Positions 13,742 to 26,806 of a stretch of 64,000 bases of DNA are shown one piece after another (position 1 is the first letter of the stretch; the number at the start of each line of letters is the position of its first letter). The stretch is taken from contig NC_043025.1 of assembly GCF_006345805.1 (NCBI RefSeq), positions 7,564,001 to 7,628,000 of the forward strand, in the 5' to 3' direction. The notes beneath the pieces are model-generated. The model did not search any database. It saw nothing but the letters and a program-made list of their open reading frames with translations, and was not told the DNA's origin. Made by a program: the position numbers and the translations under genes. Source of the stretch: Octopus sinensis. Lineage: Eukaryota.

Positions 13742-13968
13742 TACCAGTTATGCACTGGGGTAGATGTAATTGACTTAACCCCTTCCCCCAAATTTGAGGC
13801 CTTGTGCTTCCTGTAGAAAGGATTACAGAAGAGTAAAAAAAAGGCAATGGGCTCGCAGAATTGTTTGCTTGTCAGACAAACTACTTTGTGGCATTTCATT
13901 CGATTCTTTATGTTTCTGTGTTCAAATACCACCAGGCACAGCTTTGTCTTTTATCTTTTTATTATTGA

Positions 13969-14367
13969 CTAGCAGTGTGGCCCGGCGTTGCTCGGGTTTG
14001 TAAGGGAAATAACTATATAAGCATTTTTAGAGATGTAAAGTATTATAGCCATCTCAATATGGCTAACCACAAAGGGGGGTGTTACTGTAGCCTTTACGTT
14101 CTGAGATTTAATAATACATTTTTAGAGAGTTACTTCCCTTATATAATAGCAAAAAAATGCATTAAAAATGGGGAAAAAATGATGGTAAATTTTTTTTTTA
14201 AATCGTAGACTTATTGTAGAAGCGCGCTAATACCCAGAAGGGCTCGATATGAATCATGACTATAAGATACCCGGTTTTGGTTAAACTGCACTGCAAAATG
14301 TGGGAGTAGTTAGGAATCTAAATCGTAGGAGACAGACACCACACAACTTCACTTTTATATATATAGA
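13969..14367 (-). mobile_element. Non-autonomous Helitron
   Basis: ctagcagtgtggcccggcgttgctcggg ... ttttatatatataga, same family as 701-998. Confidence 0.8.
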
Positions 14368-14895
14368 TTAAATTAAAAGTACTTGTCAAGTACTGGATCA
14401 GTGTAATCGAATTTCTCTCCTCCCCTTAAATTCTGGGCCTTGTGCCTTAATTGAAAGCAGTTGTTACAGTAATAAGCAAAGCAGCTAGTTAAAAAATCTC
14501 TATAAGAGATGAAAGCAATAAGTACCCTGAGAAGTCATGTTTATCATCACTTCAACATGGCTGTTCCATAGGTACTGATGTTATTACCATTTTAACCCCA
14601 GGAGGATGCCTCCTCCAGCTGATTATTCAGTGCACTCTGCACCCGATATATATTGCAATCAGGGAAGCGAACCCCTGCCAACTTCCAGTGTTGGGACCAC
14701 CAAACTGTACAGTTTCAAGCTATTTGTGCTCCCCCTCCGTGGTGGATACTCGTCTGCTAGAGATAGCAGTAGTTCACTCCAGCTCACAATGTACAGAAAA
14801 TAAAGGACAGCTAGTTACAGATCTTGCAACAAGCAAATTATAGTAGAATGTTAAAACAGAAATATAATAACGAAAGGGTTAACGAACAACTCAGC

Positions 14896-15114
14896 CAGTG
14901 CTTTTCAAGCATTTTGCTGGAGCGGAACCCCAAGGAAACATTCCACTGGCTCGAGGAACCCCTGTGCAATAATTTAATAGTCTTATGCACACATATCTGC
15001 ACAGGAGAATTAAAAATTACTGCTGATTTTAGCAGTTTTGTAACTCCTTGCGGAACCCCTGGACTGTACTGGCAGAACCCTAAGGTTCCGCGGAACCCTG
15101 GTTGAAAACCACTG
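14896..15114. mobile_element. hAT/Charlie-like MITE
   Basis: TIRs cagtgcttttcaa / ttgaaaaccactg. The 8-bp flanks aactcagc and atctaagc match at 6/8 positions (decayed TSD). Confidence 0.65.
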
Positions 15115-15255
15115 ATCTAAGCAATAGCATTTTAGCTGTAACCATTTAGGATGTACTAGTATCTACCAGTCAGTGTTTAAACTATGGATTAATCCTAATC
15201 CTGTAACTCTGTGTTCAAATGAGTGCCAGCCAGGACCATCCCATCTTATATTGAG

Positions 15256-15535
15256 ACATTACTCTTTACTCTTTACTCTTTACTCTTTTACTCTTTTACT
15301 TGTTTCAGTCATTTGACTGCGGCCATGCTGGAGCACTGCCTTTAGTCGAGCAAATCGACCCCGGGACTTATTCTTTTGTAAGCCCAGTACTTATTCTATC
15401 GGTCTCTTTTGCCAAACCGCTAAGTGACGGAGACGTAAACACACCAGCATCGGTTGTCAAGCAATGCTAGAGGGACAAACACAGACACACAAACATATAA
15501 ATACACATACATATATATATACATATATACGACAG
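15256..15535 (-). mobile_element. Family-A SINE, 3' half
   Basis: Reverse complement of the 2640-2828 sequence, with a (tactctt)n tail. Confidence 0.75.
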
Positions 15536-15774
15536 TCTTCTAGGATTAGATTAATTTGCCTTCAATTTTAAGGACAATACAGTGTAATTTGAGGGAGATA
15601 AGTGTTATTTTTTCCCTAATGAGTTTCAGATGGTAACTGTAATCAACTTTCAACTAATTTCAGCTGTTGGAAAGGCATGCATGTTTCAACTTCTCATCTC
15701 TTTTCCTGCTCTCTCTTCCCTACTGTTAATCTTTTTTATAGTATTAGTAATATGAGGTTGTTGTCATTTGTTCC

Positions 15775-16249
15775 TTCTCGAGCTACACCTGGCTCATAAG
15801 GGCCGGTTTCCTGGTTTCATTGGCATATAAGTTCCCAACCTGGACGGAATGCTGGTCCATCGCAGGTGAGCTGCTTGATGCAGGAGGAAAGCGTGAGAGA
15901 AAGTTGTGGCAAAAGAGTCAGCAGAGGTTTGCCATTACCTTCTGCCAGGGCTTAAGTGTTTCACTCATAAACACACACATCGCCCAGTCTGAGATACGAA
16001 CCCGTGATCTGTCGACCACAAGTCTGCTGTTCTAACCACTGAGCCATGTGCCTCCACAGTATAATGTTAGTAAATAGTATTTTAGTTGCAGGTATGGCTG
16101 TACGGTTAAGAAGCTTGCTTTGTAACCACAGGGTTTCAGGTTCAGTCCCACTAACTGACATACTGAGGGCAAGTGTCTTCTATTATAGGCTTGGACTGAC
16201 CAATGCCTTGCAGTGGAATTTGGTAGAAAGAAATTGTTTGAAAGCCTGC

Positions 16250-16283
<34 letters not shown>

Positions 16284-16893
16284 AAGGAGCATGGCTTTGT
16301 GGTTAAGGTGTTGCACTCACGATTGTGAGATCGTGGGTTCAATTCCAAGACCAGGCGTTGCATTGTGTTCTTGAGCAAAGCACTTCATTTCACGTTGCTC
16401 TACAATCATTTCGACAACTGACGTGTGGCACCCAGTTGCACCTGTACAGGTAACGTCGATCTGATGGAAGGAGTGAGCTTGTGTCTACACAAACATTTGA
16501 TCACTATAAACAAATCATCTGTGTGGTTGTTCGGTAAGAAATTGTCGAAACCTCATGCATCGTCTAATGGCGGGAGAGTCCATTATATATATATTATATA
16601 TATCACGTGATCACGTGACCGACCAGACCATAAGATGTAGTTACTCATCGCTGGTCACAATGCGTTCGCATTGCTTTAGCCTTCGAATGATGCCTCCCCG
16701 CTGGCTAAGCAAGCAGGCCAACAGAAGAAAGAGTGATGAAAGAGTACAGCAGGGATCACCACCCCCTGCCAGAGCCTCGTGGAGCTTTTAGGTGTTTGCG
16801 CTCAATAAACACTCACAACACCCAGTCTGGGAACGAAAGTGCGATCCTACGACCACGAGTCCGCTGCCCTAACACTGGGCCATTGCGCCTCCA
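15775..16893. mobile_element. Cluster of tRNA-headed SINEs (minus copy ~15775-16035, family A ~16087-16260, plus copy ~16285-16580, family C minus 16603-16893)
   Basis: tRNA-like A/B boxes (tggctcagtggtt / ggttcgaT-like). 16603-16893 is the reverse complement of 55921-56222. Confidence 0.7.
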
Positions 16894-16894
16894 C

Positions 16895-16952
<58 letters not shown>

Positions 16953-16955
16953 ATG

Positions 16956-16989
<34 letters not shown>

Positions 16990-17262
16990 GATGATATATA
17001 TATATATATATATATATGATATCTATATATATATATATTATATATATACATTGTGTTAGGTAGAGGTGCATGGTTCAGTGTTAGGGTGTTGTACCATGTA
17101 AGGATTGTGGTATTTCAAACCCTATTAGGTCATGCATTGTATTCATGAGCAATAAATACTTCATCCATATATATCCGTCTGTTCTGCTGCCAAAAGGGTG
17201 TATATCCTATGATGGCAGTGTATATTCAGTTGGGGGTGTGTATATATTTGTGTTATATTATG

Positions 17263-17312
<50 letters not shown>

Positions 17313-19132
17313 TATATATAGTATGTATGTATGTATGTATGTGTATATATATATATCTGTAAATGAACCCAGGGAACTAGCCTTATAAGCCTATGTCTTG
17401 AGAAGGACTTTCGATTGTTTTATATATGTATATAGGTGCAAGAGTGGCTGTGTAGTAAGTAGCTTGCTTACTAATCACATGGTTCCAGGTTCAGTCCCAC
17501 TGCATGGCACGTTGGGCAAGTGTCTTGTACTATAGCCTCAGGCTGACCAAAGCCTTGTGAGTGGATTTGTAGACGGAGACAGAAAAACGCTTGTCGTGTG
17601 TGTGTCTTTGGTCTGATGTGTAGCTAGGGAAGTACCCTCATTGAGTAATTATTGAGTAATTACTTTTGAGATTCTGCTAATTAGAAACATATGTAGACTG
17701 AATTTTACCTGCTCCACTCCCTCAATTTGGAGTTTATATATATATATATATAATATATATATGTATGTATGTATACATATATGTATGTATATGAGTGTAT
17801 CATTATGTTTTTATTTCCTTGGTGTTGGTTTGTTTACATTCTTGTAACTTAGCAGTGTTGCAAAAGGGACCAGTAGAATAAATTACCTGACTTCAAAAAC
17901 AATCACCGGGGTCAATTTGTACAAGTAAACCCTTAAAGGTGATGCTCCCAGCATGGTGACTGAAATAAGTAAAGGACAAGAGCTAACGAACCCATCGTAT
18001 GATTTGTTGGTTGGGTGATTGGTTGGTGTAGTTGCCAAATTGGCACCATTGCAGTTCCTGGGGAATTAAATTGACCCTTTGATTAATTACCAATTCATTA
18101 TTTGCCCTCAACGAAGCACATTCACTTGCCCTAACAAAGCACATTTGGTTGTTTATGTTGCTGTTATTGTTGTTGTTGTTTTAGTTGTATAATTTATTCA
18201 TTTCTCTTTTAATTAATTGCAAGAAATTAAATTTAATTAAATTTTAAACTCATTTCTGTTAATGAATTGTTTCTTTCCTTCATCTATCTTTCTCTTTCTT
18301 TGTGTCGGTGGTGGTGGTGGTAGTGGAAATATTTCATTTTTTTATATAAATTTTAAAGTATAACTTTAAAAAAAAACCCTATAAAAACAAAGTGTTTATT
18401 TTTAAAAACTGTTGAAAATTGAAAAAAAGAAAGAGAAATAGAAAGAAGAAACAAGCAATTTCATTATGAAGTTCTGATAATTAAATTATTATCAATGTGA
18501 AATTTTATTTAAATGAAGTTATTAAATATAGTCATAATTTTATGAATATTTGAATATATAAATATATTGTGAAGTGGAACTCAAAGTTGTAAATAATAGC
18601 CTGTAGAATGTTGGGCAACAAAAATACCCTTGGATGGCAAAATAAGTCTCTGGTACTGGAGCCCTCATCTTCTGTGATGCTGACCCTTACACCAAAGCAA
18701 CATTTCAAATTCTTTAAAGCAATTGGGAGAAAATTCAAAGCCTGCTCAAAGTTTATAGATTCTGGTGATGTGAACAATATGCAATTCTTGCTGGTTAGAA
18801 GAAAGCTTCTAAAATTGCGTATATTCGGAGGGTTGCTTTCGCGTGATGATCAGCACCGTCTGTCATCTTCACAGAAGATCTGGGTTGCAGTGTCAAGTGG
18901 AGCTTTGACTTTTTTCCCCATCTAAGGGGTTTTGTTAAGCCAATATTGTATGTACGTGCTTTTATTTACAGCTTTATCTGCTTCGAGTTCCAGTTCATAA
19001 GCATAATTTAATTCAATTCTCTAAAAGTTTCTAAATTCTTATAATGTAAACACACACATATATATTGTATGTGTGTGTGTATTATATATATATACATATA
19101 TATAATATATGTATATATATATATATATATAC

Positions 19133-19178
<46 letters not shown>

Positions 19179-19297
19179 ACATAGATATATATATGTGCAC
19201 ATATATAGGTATATTTATAGGTATAGCTATAGATATTATATGTATATTTATTGCTCTGAGTTGTGCTATTCTGAGAGAGGGTTAATCTCCGTTGCAG

Positions 19298-20145
19298 TCG
19301 AGGACATGAAAGATGCTGTTGAAGAAGAGAGTCATGAAGAGGAGCTGCCAGACGGCTCGAAAGTGAAACACAAGTTGATGCGTGTGCGCTCAGAGAGCAT
19401 AGATAAGAAGCTGACAGAAAAGCTGGTGAAGGTCGTCGAGAAACTGAAGGCTCCGAAGGAGCACACGACAGTTGAGGATTACGAGACGGTGCTCCCGGAT
19501 GGCACGATTCATCGGGTGCACAAAGTGATCAAGCACTCGGTGTCGCACATTCAACGCGAGCACCAACACGAGGGCATGGTAGAGAAGGTGTTTGACGGCG
19601 TCGTCAAGATACCCGGCTCTGAGTCACAGGAGACGCTTGAGACATTCGAACGGCCCCCTCACCCAGAGACAATCGTCGAGCAAGTGGAAGAGGTTCTACC
19701 ATCGGGCCAGGTGCAAAAGCGCAAGATCATCAAAAACCGCATGATCCACAACATTAAAACGCGGCACGAATCATTCGACAATGACCTTGGCCAGCAGAAC
19801 GAAGAGTATGAGATTGATGAGGTAATACCAGGCACTGAGACCTGTTTTTATGCAGACATTGATGGTTCGTCGAACGTGAGCAGCGCTTCATGCAGCGACG
19901 TTGAGGACATGGAAGAGGAGAGCGATACCAAGAAAACTGACCTTGGTACGGTGCAGGAAGTGTGTGAGGATGGCACAATAGTGACAAAGGAGATCGTCGA
20001 GACTCGTACGACCACCACGAGGACGCTTCACTCCCGTTCTGGCTCGGTCGACAAAGAAACTACAGAATCTGTTATCACAGAGGAGTTCATAACGCCAACA
20101 CCCAGTCCTAGATCTGGTTCACCAATAGACGAGATGAAGAAGTGA
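19298..20145 (+). CDS. Terminal coding exon (~282 aa) of an acidic protein with ExLPDG-type internal repeats; possibly the C-terminal tail of an ankyrin-like cytoskeletal protein
   Basis: Stop-free, codon-like, GC-elevated island. Putative acceptor ccgttgcag| at 19297 (phase 1), stop TGA at 20143-20145, followed by A-rich UTR-like sequence with AATAAA. The ORF-track start at 19069 is microsatellite read-through. Exon reality is well supported; product identity is a weak recollection. Confidence 0.75.
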
Positions 20146-21008
20146 AAATGGGAGAGAAAGAAAAGTTTAAAGTTTAAAACAACAAAACAGAAGAAGAATC
20201 ATTAAAAAAAAAAGTCACAGAAAAATATTTTAAAAGTTTTTTAAAATTAAAAAGAATTTTCTTCTTATAAAAAAGAAACCAAAAAAGTCAAAAAACTTTT
20301 AAGTTGGATTTAAAAGAGAAAAAAAGAGGAAAAAAAACATTTCTGAAGGGGTTTAAGGGCAAACATTATTATTATTATTATTACAGATGGATGGAAATAG
20401 CAGAGACACAAAAAAAAAAATATGCCAAAAACCAAAAAAAATATAAAAAATGAAAAAAATTATTAAAAAATTAAATTAATAATAAATAAAAATAAAATTT
20501 TTAAAAAACTGACAAAAATATATTGGAAAAGTTACCTCAAGAATTGTGAAAAAGTAAATATAAATATATTGAAAAAAAATACTGTTTAGTCTGGGGTGGG
20601 GAAAGTTGTTTAGAAAAATAAAATCTTTATCTTTGCAATGAAAGAATGTTCAGAATAATATACACATATACAAATACAAATAAATATATATATATATATA
20701 CACATATACACATATATATATCCATACATAACTACATAAACAGATACTTATATACACTCTTCCTTACACAAACAAGCACATGGTATATTTTTTAATTATT
20801 AATAATTGACAGACATTTACGGAGTGACTCGAGGCTGAGAGTTTTTGTGCATTGGTACTTATTGTGGCCCTCGGGCCACTTTGTAACTTCTGCCGAATAT
20901 TGATAAGCATAAAACAAAAAAAGAAAAATGAAGAAAAGACACACAAGCAATTAGACATGCACAAATACACAAACTCATACAACATATACACGCACAAATA
21001 TATATATA

Positions 21009-21040
<32 letters not shown>

Positions 21041-21300
21041 CCACATATACAAAATGAAAAATTGAGCCAAAGAATCTTCTTCTCCCCTTCGGATATTTTA
21101 TTAAAAGAAAGGAAAAAACCAAATCACATTGTAATCATTTCTAGTGAATACTTGCGTGTGTTCTTTCATATATTTTTTAACCCAGCTTCTTTCCCCTTTT
21201 AGTACCTACATCACACACACACATGGTACATATATATATATAGATATATTATATATATATATATAACATATATTATATATATATATATATATATATACTA

Positions 21301-21345
<45 letters not shown>

Positions 21346-21347
21346 CA

Positions 21348-21412
<65 letters not shown>

Positions 21413-22602
21413 CATATATATTATAATACATATTATACATATATATATATATACATATATATTATATATATACATATATAGAATATATATATATATATAT
21501 ATATATACATACATATATATATATATACATATATATAATATATATATATATATATACATACATATATATATATATAGATATATATAATACATATATATTA
21601 TATATATATTACATACATATATATATATACATATATATATATATACATATATATAATATATATATGTGTGATATATATATATATGTATGTATGTATACAC
21701 ACACACAATCACATTTACTAATACATACACACACACATATATATATGTATATACTTATATATGCACATTATACCTATACATATTCATGTACACAAAGCTA
21801 GAGAAAAAAGCCAAATAAAATATACGTATGTTAAATTAATTAATAAAAGTTAATTAAACCCTTGTAATCCCCCCAGCCAGTCTTTTTGAGTGTTATCTCT
21901 TTGTCTCTGGTTATTGTTTGACAATGATTTCCTGCCGTGATCTGGATGGAATAATAGTAAATTCTACAAGAGCGTGAAGAGGAAGAGGAAGAAGAAGAAG
22001 AAGATGGAATAAGCAGAGGTTATTGAAGGAATTTGAATAATGATGATGATGATGATGATGATAACAGTAATGGTACTAAAGAAAGGACAACAGAACGCAT
22101 CTCATGATTTCATTTCTAAACAGTTCATTTTCTTACACAAAATATGCCTCCCCACTCACTCACCCCCACTCACTCACCCCCACTCACTCACCCCACTCGC
22201 CCCCCACACTCACCCCCCCACACACTCACTCACGTATACACAGACCTCGCCGAAAATGACACATGCATGTGGGCACATATGCATGCACACACGTAATTCA
22301 GTTGCCTGTGCCTGAAGAGCGGGTTTCTTTCTGTGAGACCACAAAACTTCAATTTGCCTGGAACCGATCAGGTGCCCAGCACAAAAGACGAATTAGTCAT
22401 AAGACAAAAATATTATTCATATAGAAAAATATTATTCATGTAGTTATGCAATTAAGGGCTCCTAAATAAAGATGCCGAGTGCTGGGAACACAAAAAGGGG
22501 ATGAATTTATCGAGAGTGAAAATCAAAAACGTTTACCGATAACTTTAACAAAAATGTATGTATATATACATATATATATACACACATATATGCTTATATA
22601 TA

Positions 22603-22638
<36 letters not shown>

Positions 22639-22673
22639 CATACATACATATATATATATACACATATTAATAC

Positions 22674-22704
<31 letters not shown>

Positions 22705-22845
22705 CACATATTAATACATATATGTATATGTATAATATGTATATATACACACACATATATAAATATATATATGTTTCCGTACATGTATATATACAGATAT
22801 ATATACATACATATGTATAAATAAATGTATATGTATACATAATAG

Positions 22846-22892
<47 letters not shown>

Positions 22893-23317
22893 CACACACA
22901 CATACATAAATACAAACATACATTATATATTTATGTACATACATACATACATGCATACATACATGGGACTTTTGCAATCGATACAGCTCTAGATTAAAAG
23001 CTTTTTCTGGATGACATTGTAACATAATTGATGGGAGTTGTCGTAAATGAAATGCACCACTTTTTCGTCCAGGGAAAAATTCCTTTATAGACGTTTATCA
23101 GTGTTTAACGAAACACAAACACTAGATGCAGGGAAATTCTATGATAACTTAATGAATATATAACGACATTGTTTTGTCTCTTTATATTTTTTATCCATAT
23201 ATTTATTATATTCTTTGATTAAATGGTAATAATAATAGTTATGATTTTTTTTTAATATCATAATAACCCTACATTATTTATATTTGACGGATATTTGTCC
23301 TCATCTTGTTTGTTGTT

Positions 23318-23363
23318 AACACAACGTTTCGGCAGATATACCTTCAAGCTTTCATCAGGTGTC
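23318..23363 (-). ncRNA. Minimal type-I hammerhead ribozyme motif
   Basis: gacac CTGATGA a agcttgaaggtatatctgcc GAAA cgtt gtgtt. Stem I gacac/gtgtt, intact core boxes, palindromic ACGT stem III; stem II partly decayed. Confidence 0.6.
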
Positions 23364-23414
23364 TTGGAGAAATTTCAAACCTTAGTTCTCATTCCTAAGG
23401 TATTTTTCAATATA

Positions 23415-23452
<38 letters not shown>

Positions 23453-23739
23453 GTTTTTTCCTTCTTTCTTCAAATTTTCTTCCGTTTCTCGCCGAGTGTT
23501 TTCCATACACATAGGGCAGAGAAGGGTATTGTATGCATTCCCAGATTACACGCGCAAATTCACAGATAAAATATGTATTTAAAAATTAATAAATAAATAA
23601 ATTCATGGATGGATGTTATTTTCACAACAATAGTGCTCTTCTCAGTACATGAGCCGTTCCAGTTAATACGATTTTTTGCACTTCCTTTAGGGATAGTAAG
23701 CCTGGAATCATTTTCAAATAGGTTTCAGTACCTTTTTAC

Positions 23740-23782
<43 letters not shown>

Positions 23783-24012
23783 CAGGTTACTGCGTGGAAT
23801 CGAACTCAGAATCTTGGAGTTAGTAGCCCACGCTCTTAACCGCTATGCTATATGCCTGTAGGCATAATGGTTAAGAACATGGGCTACTAACCCCAAGACT
23901 CCAAGTTCGATTCCAGGCAGTGACCTGAATAATAATATTAATAATAATAATAATAATAACAACATGGAAAAGTACCTTAGGAATGAGAACCCAAGTTCGA
24001 AATTTCCCCCAA

Positions 24013-24058
24013 GGCACCTGATGAAGGCTGGGGGGTATATCAGCTGAAACATTGTGTT
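24013..24058 (+). ncRNA. Minimal type-I hammerhead ribozyme motif
   Basis: ggcac CTGATGA a ggctg gggggtatat cagct GAAA catt gtgtt. Stems I and II pair and the core is intact; the stem-III palindrome reads ACAT instead of ACGT. Confidence 0.65.
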
Positions 24059-24589
24059 AACAACAAACAAGATGAGGACAAATATCCGTCAAATGTAAAC
24101 AGTGTACATAATTCCTCATCTCTTAAATATAGAACTGAATGATAATCCTTTCTTCTGTAGGCACAAAGACTGAAATATTGGGGGAGGGGGGGCTAGTTGA
24201 TTACATTGTTTCACTGGTACCTAATTTATTGAGCCCTGTAAAGATGAAACGCAAAGTCAACCTCGGTGGAAGTTTGAACTCAGAACGTGAAGACTGGTGA
24301 AATACTGCTAAGCATTTTGCCTGGTGTGCTAACGCTTCTGCCAGCTTGCCGCCACCTTATTATTGACAGTAAGAATAATAATGAGAAACTCCCTAATCCT
24401 TTTTTTTCCTCTTCTACTCCAGCTAAAAAAACACAACAAAAAAAAAATTAAGAAAAATTTATGCAGATATATATATTATAGACTGGGCCTTTGGTCATTG
24501 TTAGGCTTAGATTAATTTCCAATTGCTATTTCTTTGTTTTTGACACACACACACACACACACACACACATTCACATATATACATACATA

Positions 24590-24621
<32 letters not shown>

Positions 24622-24717
24622 CAGGAGTAAACACATAAATGTGAAACAAGGTGGAAAAAAGAGTACTCAAATACCAGGGGTAGAGTAATATGCTTTCTTT
24701 AAAAGCAGCAGAAATTC

Positions 24718-24768
24718 AACAAAATCTGTTACTCGGAGTTTCCCGTTCCCGTTCGTCGGACAGTTTTG

Positions 24769-24770
<2 letters not shown>
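24718..24770 (-). ncRNA. Variant type-I hammerhead motif (second family)
   Basis: aacaaaactgt CCGACGA acgggaacgg GAAA ctc c gag TA acagattttgtt. Long stem I, near-palindromic stem III, GUA triplet; core U4 is replaced by C and stem II is weak. Confidence 0.45.
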
Positions 24771-24812
<42 letters not shown>

Positions 24813-25357
24813 ATATATCCATATATATATTCATACACGACTGTGACATTGACCCCCTGACATGGTCCCTCTCATCGGGTTGCCTGATGAAAACGAGCAT
24901 GTAAGTTTCGAGGTCTTTGTCAAGTTTTCCCTTGTAGCAGTCAATGAATATGTACTCTGTGAAAAAGTACAGATTGATCCATTAGTATAATGCTAAATTG
25001 TTTATACATACATATATATATATATGTGTGTGTGTGTGTGTATAAAACTTGACATAAAAAAACAAACAATGTATATATGTGTATGTATGTATGTATATAT
25101 GTGTATATGTATGTATGTGTATTGGATTGGATTGCCCATGTTCAGTGTAGTGCAGGACAAGGGCCGCAGCTTGTTCTCTCCCCCCCACCACGGTCCAATG
25201 TGTAGGCCCAGAGACCTTGAATTTGGGATCATTCTATTTTGATGAATCTACTCTGTCACACTAGCACAACATGGCTTGGCATCGTGATACAGTTTTTCTT
25301 TATTCTCTACTCACACCCTAGAATAGTTAACTAGATATATACATATGTGGGTGTGTA

Positions 25358-25388
<31 letters not shown>

Positions 25389-25659
25389 GTATGTATATGT
25401 ATGTATGTATGTATATATGTATGCATGTATGTATATGTATGCATGTATGTATATGTATGTATGTATATATATGTATGTATACATGTATGTATATATGTAT
25501 GTATGCATGTATATGTTTGTATGTATGTATATATATGTATATATGTGTATGTATGTCCATGTATATGTATGTATGTACATGTATATGTATGCATGTATAT
25601 GTATGTACATGTATATATACGTACGTATGTATCTACATGTGTATATATGTATGTATATA

Positions 25660-26600
25660 TCAAAATGAGCAACAAGGATATCCAGAAGTAATACAGTACG
25701 ATCGTTTTGAGCAACTCCATTTAATTGAACAATGCAACCATTACATCAATTTAAATGCAGAGCTATCCTCAGCTGCGCAAAGACATAGAATTAAATTTAA
25801 TTAAAACAGATACACATTAGTATAATTTTACCTAAAACCTCCAAGAAGGTAAGGAGATAGACAAAGAACATACTGTCTTCACTTCAGCTTAGAAGCTACT
25901 AAGGTATCAGAAAGAAAGACTTGTTGGAGATCTAGCTTGTCATTGTTTTTTGGGGTCAGTTTTAATTTATAGTCTTGCTTATCAAATCTTTGTATATCAA
26001 AAATCTAAGGCCAAGGAACAAGGAGCAGTGTCTGTTAGGAAAGGGGCTGAGGGTGTCGACAGAAATCAAAGTGGATAATATCATGAAACTATCAAGATTA
26101 ATTTGAAACAATATAATGAGATTTGGTAAAGGAAGACCTTAAATCAAGATGTTAGTTATCAGTTAAAGGGGCAAGACTCTAGTAAAACCAACAAAATTTT
26201 ATCATGGGGTACTATAGTTGAACATTTTAAACAATATTGCTATATTGTATAAAGTTATAATTTAGGGTTATCAAGAAGATTTAAGAAGAATATTATAACC
26301 AAAAATATAAATTGTTTTGAATACTTTTGAGTATATACCAAAGTTTACCACAATAGAGGGAAGAAAGAAATTACATAGAAATAGTTTAATATTTATTCAT
26401 GTTATATACTTAAATATTAACTTATTAGATGGTATCTATGAAGATTGATCATTGGCATTTACTGGTATTTAATAAAGACGTACTGGGGTAAAAGAACATG
26501 CTAACTATATATTAATTATTAAATTATAATCCAAGCAGTTTATTATAAGTTGTGAAGATACTGGTACTGTTGAATATAAGCTAAGTATGAATTTCTAGGG
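25660..26600 (+). pseudogene. Possible decayed Polinton/Maverick-like (capsid) coding remnant
   Basis: Single-copy ~1 kb with broken reading-frame fragments (EQQGYPEVIQYDRFEQLHLIEQCNHYINLNAEL; EDLRRIL*..IEGRKKLHRNSLIFIHVIYLNINLLDG). Resemblance is from memory only. Confidence 0.2.
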
Positions 26601-26670
26601 GTACAAAAATTAGTTTTATTTCATAAAGGCTGTTATAAAATGATGTATATATATATATATGTGTGTGTAA

Positions 26671-26706
<36 letters not shown>

Positions 26707-26806
26707 ATGTATGTATATAGTGAGAATTTACAAAAAACAAAAGATGGAGATGGGTGTGTAAACAACAAACAGATGTAATAGTTTAACGCTCGGGAAGTGA
26801 GAAAGT

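Larger units (their letters stand above)
23283..24105. mobile_element. Head-to-head pair of tRNA-headed, hammerhead-bearing (Penelope-associated type) short elements
   Basis: Right arm: tRNA-like head 23862-23927, (AAT)n, then tail 23965-24105. The left arm is its reverse complement (head 23783-23848, tail 23283-23410), interrupted by ~290 bp of other sequence. Confidence 0.7.

Noticed and set aside
23783-23927. tRNA genes (here and at the SINE heads)
   Set aside because: A/B boxes and partial arms are present but there is no complete acceptor stem. They run into SINE bodies and occur as dispersed diverged copies.
24878-24922. CTGATGA followed by a possible stem II (fourth hammerhead)
   Set aside because: No GAAA box and no convincing stem I; at most a dead remnant.
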